This document shows, one piece after another, positions 18,144 to 25,364 of a stretch of DNA of 32,000 nt. The notes beneath the pieces are model-generated. The model saw only the letters and a program-made list of their open reading frames with translations, was not told the origin of the DNA and ran no database searches. The position numbers and the translations under genes are program-made. Each line of letters begins with the position of its first letter. The first letter of the stretch is position 1. Source of the DNA: Puniceicoccales bacterium (GTDB lineage Bacteria; Verrucomicrobiota; Verrucomicrobiia; Opitutales; LL51); NCBI GenBank assembly GCA_031283585.1, contig JAITBP010000001.1, positions 1 to 32,000 of the forward strand, given 5' to 3'.

Positions 18144-19175
18144 CTAGCTGATCCCAAATTCTCCTTGATTATTTTTATCAACGGGTAAGCCAATGGCTTT
18201 CAAGGCCTTACTTTCTATTACCCGGCCCTGGGGTGTTCTTCTTATGTAGCCTTCTTGGATCAGATATGGCTCATAGACCTCTTCTATGGTATGGGTTTCC
18301 TCACCGACGGCAATGGCCAGCGTGTTTACTCCCACCGGCCCACCGTGGTAATTGATTGCTATGCAGGACAGAATCTTTTTGTCCATTTCGTCCAGTCCGT
18401 ATTCATCTATTTCGAGTAGATCCAGGGCGCTTTTGCTGTGTTCAATGGTCACAAGATCGTTGTTAAACTGCTGGTTATAATCTCTGACAAAGGATAACAA
18501 TCCATTTGCGATTCTTGGGGAACCACGGGAGCGTTTGGCTATTTCTATGGCGGCAGCTGGTTCTATATTAATAGATAGTAAAGCAGCGCTTCTCAGGACT
18601 ATTTTAGTCAAATCTATCAGATCGTAATAATCCAACCTGGTTTGCAATGTAAACCTACTTCTAAGAGGGGAACTTAGCAAACCGGTTCTGGTTGTGGCGC
18701 CGATCAAAGTGAATTTTGGAATATCCAGCCGTAGACTCCGAGCGTTTGGCCCTTGGTCTATCATAATATCTATTCTAAAGTCTTCCATGGCAGGATATAA
18801 GTATTCTTCAACGGTTTTTGGTATCCGATGAATCTCGTCGATAAAAAGAATATCGCCATGGTTTAGGCTTGTGAGCAGTCCGGCAAGATCACTAGCTTTT
18901 TCTATCACCGGACCCGATGTTATTTTTACCGTGGTACCCATTTCATTGCCAAGAATAAATGCCAGGGTGGTTTTCCCCAGGCCGGGCGGTCCACTGAACA
19001 GTATATGGCTGAGCGATTCGCCACGCTTTTTTGCAGCATTGGTCATGATAAGCAGGCGATCGAGAGTTTTCCGTTGGCCGGTGAATTCCTCAAAAGATTT
19101 TGGTCGAAGAGAGGGTGTGACCTGGGCATTTGGCTCTGGCCGGGCCGATTGTATTTTATTTGGGCTATCTACCAT
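18144..19175 (-). CDS. ruvB: Holliday junction branch migration ATPase RuvB
   Basis: 343 aa. It has LRPKSFEEFTGQ, Walker A GPPGLGKTTLA, Walker B ILFIDEIHR, sensor TLIGATTR and C-terminal EPYLIQEGYIRRTPQGR. Confidence 0.95.
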   Translation of the reverse strand: MVDSPNKIQSARPEPNAQVTPSLRPKSFEEFTGQRKTLDRLLIMTNAAKKRGESLSHILFSGPPGLGKTTLAFILGNEMGTTVKITSGPVIEKASDLAGLLTSLNHGDILFIDEIHRIPKTVEEYLYPAMEDFRIDIMIDQGPNARSLRLDIPKFTLIGATTRTGLLSSPLRSRFTLQTRLDYYDLIDLTKIVLRSAALLSINIEPAAAIEIAKRSRGSPRIANGLLSFVRDYNQQFNNDLVTIEHSKSALDLLEIDEYGLDEMDKKILSCIAINYHGGPVGVNTLAIAVGEETHTIEEVYEPYLIQEGYIRRTPQGRVIESKALKAIGLPVDKNNQGEFGIS

Positions 19176-20080
19176 TTTGTCGTTATGTAATGCTCGGATT
19201 CAAGGGCCGCTGAGCAACCTAATCCGGCAGCGGTTATGGCTTGCTTGAATTTTGGATCGGCACAGTCGCCGGCAGCAAAGACCCCTTCGATGTTTGTTCT
19301 GGTAGAGTCCACGATAATGTAGCCTTCATCGTTCCTGGCAATGTGGTTAGAAAATATTTCCGTATTTGGGATATGGCCTATGGCCAGAAACACACCATCG
19401 CAGAATAAGGTTGTTTCGCTACCATCGGTGACCAATCTCAGCCCAGATAATTTTTCTTTGCCGAGCATTTCCACCGGGATGGAATTCCATAAGATTTCTA
19501 TCTTGTTATGTGTCAATGCCTTATCAGCCATGATTTTCGATGCACGGAGTTTATCTCGCCTATGGATAAGGTATACCTTTTGGCAAAAATGGGTTAAAAA
19601 CAGTGCTTCTTCGCAGGCAGAATCACCTCCACCAATGACAGCAACGGTTTTGTTTCTGAAAAAAACTCCGTCGCAGGTGGCACAGGTACTTAGCCCTTTA
19701 CCGTTACAGAAGTTCTTTTCTCCAGGAATGTTGAGAAACCTTGGTGCGGCACCGGTGGCTATTATAACAGCTTTGGCTTCAATGGCGTCGGTGGCCAGGA
19801 TTAGCTTCTTGGCTCCTTTGGAAAAATCAACGGAAACCACCTCATCGGCCAGAAATTTGGCACCAAATCTTTCGGCCTGCTGTTTCATGTTATTGACGAG
19901 TTCAAACCCATCTATGCCTTCGGGGAACCCAGGGAAGTTTTCTATTAATGAGGTTGTGGTTAGCTGACCACCTGGCTGAACTCCTTCTATTATAATAGGA
20001 TGCAGATCGGCTCTGGCACAATATATGGCTGCGGTCAGGCCAGCACAGCCGCTTCCTATAATCACAACATTTTCCACCAC
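19169..20080 (-). CDS. trxB: Thioredoxin-disulfide reductase
   Basis: 303 aa. FAD-binding motif IIGSGCAGLTAA, redox-active CATCDG, NADPH-binding motif VIGGGDSACEEA and C-terminal VFAAGDC are all present. Its stop overlaps the ruvB start by 7 nt. Confidence 0.93.
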   Translation of the reverse strand: MVENVVIIGSGCAGLTAAIYCARADLHPIIIEGVQPGGQLTTTSLIENFPGFPEGIDGFELVNNMKQQAERFGAKFLADEVVSVDFSKGAKKLILATDAIEAKAVIIATGAAPRFLNIPGEKNFCNGKGLSTCATCDGVFFRNKTVAVIGGGDSACEEALFLTHFCQKVYLIHRRDKLRASKIMADKALTHNKIEILWNSIPVEMLGKEKLSGLRLVTDGSETTLFCDGVFLAIGHIPNTEIFSNHIARNDEGYIIVDSTRTNIEGVFAAGDCADPKFKQAITAAGLGCSAALESEHYITTKW

Positions 20081-20146
20081 CAGGGTCAGAATGAAATGGT
20101 TTTGATGGCCATCTGCAAGTAAAATACGTCCTCAGGATTTTACCTG

Positions 20147-21106
20147 TCAATGATAGTGCCGGACCCGGTTTTGCCAGGAGAAGCTATTAAGGTAGTAGGC
20201 TCCAATGACAGCCAGTGATAGCAGCAAAACCACAAAGGGCGAGTCCGTAACCCTGTGAGTGCCGAAAAATGTAAGTGGTGCAGTGGAAATATGAGCAAAT
20301 TCTTTGTATGTGAGCAGTGAAAAGACCATGCCCCAGTGGATGCCGATGGCAATGGCCAGGGACTGATATCTCAATGTGATGAGGCAGAGCAACATGCCGA
20401 GTAGGGTAAGTGTTGAAAATTCGACAACAGAGAAGTAGGTTATCCAGGAAGTGATATAGGAATAGGCACATAGAAATCCATCTTTTATGCTGGTGTAACC
20501 ATTTTCATCCAATGAAATATGCCCCTTGAAATGCATGTATGCAAAGAACATGGAAGACAAAATAACGGCTATTATTGGCCTAAACGCTGTGTAAAATATT
20601 TTCAGTAGAATGTTTCTGAAGACTATTTCTTCAAAAAAGGCCACGCTGGCACTGATCATAAGAAAATATATGAGCGTTGTTATCGGGTTTTCTGGTTTGG
20701 AAATTGTTCTAGAGGATGGCGATAGGTAGCAATGTGGAATTGTCGCCAGAAATACAAGAGCCAGGCCAATTAGAAAACCATAGCCCAGTGATTGCCATCG
20801 GAGCTTTCCGATAAAAATATCCTTTGTAAATCTAAATTTTTTTGTCAGAACCACGATGCCGATGCCGATTGGAATCCAACGAATCCGATCAAAAAAAGCA
20901 CCTAATCCTTTGGTTACTAAATACCTACCGACGCCAGTATGGTAGTTTTTTTCAAAAAATAATACCAAATTAAACACCAGCGGTGATATAATGGCTGTGG
21001 ATATCATCGATGTGGCCATGATAAGGATCAATGCGATCAACCCATCGGATGAAAATTTTTCAACCTTGTTCGAGAGTAGGAATTCGCATTGCCTGGGTAG
21101 TGGCAT
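20147..21106 (-). CDS. CPBP-family intramembrane glutamic endopeptidase (CAAX protease/Abi type)
   Basis: 319 aa, multi-pass membrane protein. CPBP motif 1 is FFEEIVFRN (EExxxR), motif 2 is FAYMH (FxxxH), and a later HWGMVF His motif is present. Confidence 0.7.
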   Translation of the reverse strand: MPLPRQCEFLLSNKVEKFSSDGLIALILIMATSMISTAIISPLVFNLVLFFEKNYHTGVGRYLVTKGLGAFFDRIRWIPIGIGIVVLTKKFRFTKDIFIGKLRWQSLGYGFLIGLALVFLATIPHCYLSPSSRTISKPENPITTLIYFLMISASVAFFEEIVFRNILLKIFYTAFRPIIAVILSSMFFAYMHFKGHISLDENGYTSIKDGFLCAYSYITSWITYFSVVEFSTLTLLGMLLCLITLRYQSLAIAIGIHWGMVFSLLTYKEFAHISTAPLTFFGTHRVTDSPFVVLLLSLAVIGAYYLNSFSWQNRVRHYH

Positions 21107-21220
21107 AGTTGATTAGGTGATTTTAATAGTATTATGTCAATGGCATCATTGGAATTTTCAATGCAATGTGTCTAATTCGTATGGTTGACTTTCTATTATT
21201 TTGCCTCAGGCTCTAACTTT

Positions 21221-22219
21221 GTGAAAGCTCTTGTCACAGGAGGAAGTGGTTTCCTCGGTTTTCATTTAGTTACTCTATTGCAGAAGCATGGCATGGAAGT
21301 GCGTTCGTTTGCGAGGAAAAAACAGCATGTTTTACCCGAGCGTGGTGTTGAATGTGTGTCCGGCAACGTTACCTTTGAAGAGGAAGTTGACCTGGCCATG
21401 AGAGATGGCATTGATGTGGTTTTTCATACCGCTGGTAAGGCTGGCATTGGCTGCCAATTCGACGAGTATTTTTCCACCAATGTCCTGGGAACTGAGAATG
21501 TGATAAAGGCATGCAAGAAATACGGCGTGAAGTATTTGATATATACCAGTTCGCCAAGTGTCGTTTTCAATGGTAAATCGTTTTCCGGTGGAGACGAAAG
21601 CCTTCCCTATGGTAACAATTATCACTGGCATTATGCCAGAACCAAGGCAATGGCAGAGAAATATGTATTGGGTGCCAATGGCGATGAATTGAGGACAGTA
21701 GCCGTAAGGCCGCATATGATTATTGGGCCTGGCGAGCCTCATTTTATGCCAAAAATCGTAGCAAGAGCCCAGATTGGAGAATTGAAAGTCGTCGGCGATG
21801 GGCAAAATGTGGTCGATATTACCATGGTAGAGAACGCTGCCTGGGCTCATTTTCTCGCATTTAAAGCTATAAAAGAGGATGATACTGCCTGTGGGAAAGC
21901 CTATTTCATCGGCCAGGAATCACCCATACGGTTGTGGGACTTTATAAACGATGCCCTTGAATTCATTGGTATTGAAAGAGTTACTAGCTCCGTTCATCTA
22001 TGGAAAGCCTATAGCCTAGGTTTTTTCTATGAAAAACTCTATTCGGCCATAAGTTTTTCGAAGGATCCGCCGATGACCAGGGCCCTGGCAATCGCCTTGA
22101 GCAAAAACCATTATTTTTCCCATGAAGCCGCCAAAAGAGACCTGGGCTATGAGCCGATAGTCTCATTGGCCGAGGGCAAACAAAGGATGTTTAAGTCATT
22201 AATAGATCTTATCCTGTGA
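21221..22219 (+). CDS. NAD(P)-dependent 3-beta-hydroxysteroid dehydrogenase/NSDHL-family (extended SDR) protein
   Basis: Rossmann motif VTGGSGFLG and catalytic YARTKAMAE (YxxxK) are present. It is collinear with the 3Beta_HSD pattern (VVFHTA...NV.GT.NVI.AC...GV..LIYTSS..V.F.G...DE..P...RP..I.GPG...GDG.N..D...V.N.A.AH). I prefer GTG 21221 (VKALVTGG) over the upstream TTG 21185 of the track. Confidence 0.8.
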   Translation: MKALVTGGSGFLGFHLVTLLQKHGMEVRSFARKKQHVLPERGVECVSGNVTFEEEVDLAMRDGIDVVFHTAGKAGIGCQFDEYFSTNVLGTENVIKACKKYGVKYLIYTSSPSVVFNGKSFSGGDESLPYGNNYHWHYARTKAMAEKYVLGANGDELRTVAVRPHMIIGPGEPHFMPKIVARAQIGELKVVGDGQNVVDITMVENAAWAHFLAFKAIKEDDTACGKAYFIGQESPIRLWDFINDALEFIGIERVTSSVHLWKAYSLGFFYEKLYSAISFSKDPPMTRALAIALSKNHYFSHEAAKRDLGYEPIVSLAEGKQRMFKSLIDLIL

Positions 22220-22260
22220 TACATACCACGCTGGAATAATCGATTACGATGTATGTTGAT

Positions 22261-22812
22261 TCAAAGAGCTAGATGCTTTGCAAACTCTAATAAATCACGA
22301 AAGGAAGTAACTTTGCCAGAATTTATTAGGGCCGCCAGTGGATCTGTCCTGGGCTTACCGGTGGCCACATGGATGGCATTGATGCCCGCGTTTATACCAG
22401 CCAATGCATCCAGGTCTTTGTCTCCTACCATATAACAGGCCCTGGGCGATAGGTCGTATTTTCCTATCATCTCTAGGATAAACCGTGGGGAAGGTTTCCG
22501 ATAAAAGTATGAGTTTTCCTGGTTTGGTGGTTCGGTGGCGATACAGATTTCATCAAAACAGTTGGGAATTCCTAGCAGGCTGATGAGTTTATTGTTACAG
22601 GCCTCCACGTCGGCAAGAGTATATTTACCAAGCGATACCCCACTTTGATTCGTGAACAGAAATAGCTTATATTCAGCGTTTTTTAGCAAATGAATTGCTT
22701 CGGTTGTTCCGTCTAGTAATTGAATTTCTTCCGGATCGCAGACATAGCCATGATCCACATTTAGCGTGCCATCTCGGTCAAGAAAGATGCCAGAATTTTT
22801 AGATCTTTTCAT
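22261..22812 (-). CDS. gmhB: HAD-superfamily D-glycero-D-manno-heptose-1,7-bisphosphate phosphatase-like protein (GmhB/HisB-N family)
   Basis: 183 aa. HAD motif I is IFLDRDGTLN, motif II is FTNQSG, the Lys motif is YRKPSP, and motif IV is MVGDKDLDALAGINAG. From memory it is collinear with E. coli GmhB. Confidence 0.75.
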   Translation of the reverse strand: MKRSKNSGIFLDRDGTLNVDHGYVCDPEEIQLLDGTTEAIHLLKNAEYKLFLFTNQSGVSLGKYTLADVEACNNKLISLLGIPNCFDEICIATEPPNQENSYFYRKPSPRFILEMIGKYDLSPRACYMVGDKDLDALAGINAGINAIHVATGKPRTDPLAALINSGKVTSFRDLLEFAKHLAL

Positions 22813-22848
22813 CTTGCACAGGCATTACAATCCAGATAGTATCCGGCT

Positions 22849-23757
22849 GTGTTTGAGCTATTCAAGAAATTTCGGAGTAAGGTCAAAAAAACATCAACAA
22901 AGCTGTTCGATATAATCGATGGAATATTTTCAAAGGGGCTGGACCAGAATACAATCGAAGCCCTTGAGGAGGCTATGTATAGTGCTGATTTCGGAGTGGA
23001 TACAACCGGTGAAATTTTGGCCAGGATAAAAGAGGCTTATAAAACCGACAAGCAACTCAAGGGTCAATCAGTTATAGACATAGCTTCTTCTGTGCTAAAA
23101 AAAATCATGGCCGGTGCCGATGTGGATGTGGATTTTCCCGATGTGCCCACGGTGATATGTTTAGTTGGTGTAAATGGTTCTGGTAAAACGACCACAGCGG
23201 CAAAGTTGGCAAATAAATTTTCAAACGAGGGTAAAAGTGTCCTGGTCGGTGCCTGTGATACTTTTAGGGCTGCGGCAAACGAACAAATAAAGGAGTGGTC
23301 AAAAAAATTGGGATTTGATCTAATTGGTAGTCAACATGGTGCAGATTCTGCGTCGGTTGCCTTCGATACCTATGAAGCTGCGATTGCAAGAAAAAAAAAT
23401 GTGGTTATTCTGGATACCGCCGGGCGGTTACATAATAAGGATTCTTTGATGGTCGAGCTTGATAAACTAAAACGCGTTTTAGGTAAAAAAAATGCAGCTG
23501 CACCTCATCATAGCTGGCTTGTTCTGGATGCCGGAGTCGGTGTAAATTCTCTGGCTTCGGCAAAAAAATTTCACGAAGCTTTTGGCCTGACCGGTATTAT
23601 AATTACGAAATTGGATGGCACCAGTAAGGCTGGAGCGGCCGTAGGTATATACAAAGAACTTGGATTGCCAATCAATTTTGTTGGGCTAGGCGAGGGCCCC
23701 GACGACATCCACAGGTTTTCCGTCGATTGGTACATCGATCTGTTGTTTTCGCGGTGA
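22849..23757 (+). CDS. ftsY: Signal recognition particle receptor FtsY (NG domain only)
   Basis: 302 aa with a GTG start. G1 is GVNGSGKTTTAAKLA, G3 is DTAGRL, G4 is TKLDGTSKAG, and VGLGEGPDD is present. The N domain has LEEAMYSADFGV. Confidence 0.93.
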   Translation: MFELFKKFRSKVKKTSTKLFDIIDGIFSKGLDQNTIEALEEAMYSADFGVDTTGEILARIKEAYKTDKQLKGQSVIDIASSVLKKIMAGADVDVDFPDVPTVICLVGVNGSGKTTTAAKLANKFSNEGKSVLVGACDTFRAAANEQIKEWSKKLGFDLIGSQHGADSASVAFDTYEAAIARKKNVVILDTAGRLHNKDSLMVELDKLKRVLGKKNAAAPHHSWLVLDAGVGVNSLASAKKFHEAFGLTGIIITKLDGTSKAGAAVGIYKELGLPINFVGLGEGPDDIHRFSVDWYIDLLFSR

Positions 23758-23861
23758 CCACAGCTTCCAATGGATTAGTCCAGTTATTTTTTTGGCGAAT
23801 ATTTTTACAATTTTTTATCTTTTTGGTTGACTAGATCGGCCATTATCATGATATCACATTC

Positions 23862-24314
23862 GTGTTGGGACTTGCCACGGGATGCCTAGAATACATATTA
23901 CGGCTAATCACTGTGGCTCCGTTTTTCATTAGTTTAGCTCAAGCCGAGCCAATTTATTTTTCCATCCAGACTGGACAGGTCGATTTGGCCACGGGGTTAC
24001 ATCAGGATAATGGATTTGGCCGGGAAAATAATGAAGTGATTGCCCTCCCCAATGTGATAGAACTGCCCGTAGCAGAAGCAGAAAACGATATTGAGAATTT
24101 TTGGTATCCAGTTATCGATGTTCGTGCAGATATCTATTATCGGTGGTTTGGTAAACAACGTTGCAGTAAAAAACATCGTCGTAACCAAACACAATTTCAT
24201 AAAACTAGGGATAGGAAGCCTAATAAGCCTAATAGATATTGCGGACAGAATCGTACGTCTGCTAGACAGAACGATTGGCTTAGCAGAGAAGATGATATGG
24301 ATAATTGGTGGTAA
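23862..24314 (+). CDS. Hypothetical protein with an ambiguous reading frame; possibly frameshifted
   Basis: 150-aa ORF with a GTG start and a hydrophobic N-terminus (LITVAPFFISLAQA/EP). Its 3' half (24091-24314) is overlapped by a second open + frame (24091-24342). By eye that second frame has the more gene-like purine-rich first codon positions. See findings. Confidence 0.3.
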   Translation: MLGLATGCLEYILRLITVAPFFISLAQAEPIYFSIQTGQVDLATGLHQDNGFGRENNEVIALPNVIELPVAEAENDIENFWYPVIDVRADIYYRWFGKQRCSKKHRRNQTQFHKTRDRKPNKPNRYCGQNRTSARQNDWLSREDDMDNWW

Positions 24315-24394
24315 TTTTCCAATTATTGACTTGCTCAATTGATATTAAAAGGCATTGACTTTATCGATGTCGAAAGTACAAGTCACGACGGCAG

Positions 24395-24470
<76 letters not shown>

Positions 24471-24500
24471 TTTTTTAATTTTGTTTTACATTTTTTTAAA

Positions 24501-24523
24501 ATAACTAACTGTCAGTTAGTTAT
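24501..24523. repeat. Perfect 11-1-11 inverted repeat (23-bp palindrome), ATAACTAACTG-t-CAGTTAGTTAT
   Basis: I verified it base by base: the reverse complement of 24501-24523 matches the forward sequence at every position except the central base. Its right arm overlaps the first two bases of the ATG at 24522. Confidence 0.9.
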
Positions 24524-25364
24524 GAAAACAAAAATTAAATCGTTGTTATTGCTTTGTGCTCTGGTTTTTGGCCAGGCCAACGCTGGTCCACCCTATGGAT
24601 CCAATGACTATAATATACTATATAAAGTAGCTAGGACCATGACCTCCGGATCGCCAGAGGTAATGGTCATGGATGCTAGTATTGTCAAAGCTGGGCTGAA
24701 AAGCGCAATGCGTATATTATTATGCAAAAAACATCCCCGTAAACTGTATGACATTTTGAAGGACTATTATGATAGTATGAGAATCTATACATATAACGTT
24801 GATGCTGTTGTTAGCGGTGGATTATGTATACCTTTATATCAAGGGGGGTATGCCTACCAAAGTGGCGATTATTCAGGGTTCATAGAAAATGAGCAACGGT
24901 CAATTGTACTTAATTTATCAGATGAAGATATTGTAGGATATACAATACGTGATATGCATACATGGCATGAGGCCCATTGTTATTCCAAATTTTTTAACCC
25001 TCAGGAAATTGATAAAATGTTTGATGAAGACAATGAAGACCCAGCTGTACTTAGGCAGTGTGCAAATCTGAAAGCAGCTTTACTTGCTTTAGCAATGGAA
25101 ATGTTAATGCTTATCTATGATATAAGTAACTATAGAGGAAATGATTATCTGAGTGAATTTATGTCATTTTGTATCAATTACTTGAATACTGTTACCCCAT
25201 TGCCTCCACTACGGTTAGACATATATAACACAGATAACTACTGCAATTACAACCATTACCTCTTACGTGTGGATGCGGTCATGAGTATATGTTTATTTAT
25301 TCGTAAATTTATCGATGAAATGATAAACCAATTTACAAATTTACCTATGACCATTTCTGATTAA
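24522..25364 (+). CDS. Hypothetical exported protein (280 aa)
   Basis: The track ORF starts at 24438, inside tRNA-Phe. The internal ATG at 24522 gives MKTKIKSLLLLCALVFGQANA/GPPYG, a clear signal peptide. The protein is Cys-, Tyr- and Asp-rich and I recognised no family. Its 3' end overlaps the pheT 3' end by 24 nt (convergent). Confidence 0.55.
   Translation: MKTKIKSLLLLCALVFGQANAGPPYGSNDYNILYKVARTMTSGSPEVMVMDASIVKAGLKSAMRILLCKKHPRKLYDILKDYYDSMRIYTYNVDAVVSGGLCIPLYQGGYAYQSGDYSGFIENEQRSIVLNLSDEDIVGYTIRDMHTWHEAHCYSKFFNPQEIDKMFDEDNEDPAVLRQCANLKAALLALAMEMLMLIYDISNYRGNDYLSEFMSFCINYLNTVTPLPPLRLDIYNTDNYCNYNHYLLRVDAVMSICLFIRKFIDEMINQFTNLPMTISD

Noticed and set aside
19341-19967. 208-aa + strand ORF, the longest unexplained ORF in the track
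   Set aside because: It is antisense to trxB, whose identity is unambiguous (CATCDG and the FAD/NADPH motifs). The product is Ser/Pro/Leu-rich shadow-frame sequence with no motifs.
20119-20143. 7-bp inverted repeat GTAAAAT…ATTTTAC between the CPBP gene stop and the trxB start
   Set aside because: It is a short, all-AT-rich stem with an 11-nt loop and no T-run. This is expected by chance in this composition.
21332-21850. 172-aa minus-strand ORF
   Set aside because: It is antisense to the 3-beta-HSD-family gene and has no motifs. The same reasoning applies to 16840-17253 (antisense to the MATE gene), 26236-26682 (antisense to pheT), 10201-10557 and 11222-11479 (antisense to rpoD), and 4424-4795 and 5178-5525 (antisense to the nrdA-like gene).
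23769-23793. Possible intrinsic terminator after ftsY (AATGGA-ttag-TCCAgTT followed by ATTTTTTT)
   Set aside because: The stem is only 4 bp plus a bulge and 2 AT pairs. That is too weak to call in AT-rich DNA.
24355-24382. Candidate sigma-70 promoter for tRNA-Phe (TTGACT-16 nt-TACAAG)
   Set aside because: The -35 element is good, but the -10 candidate lacks the conserved final T. I cannot support it without transcript data.
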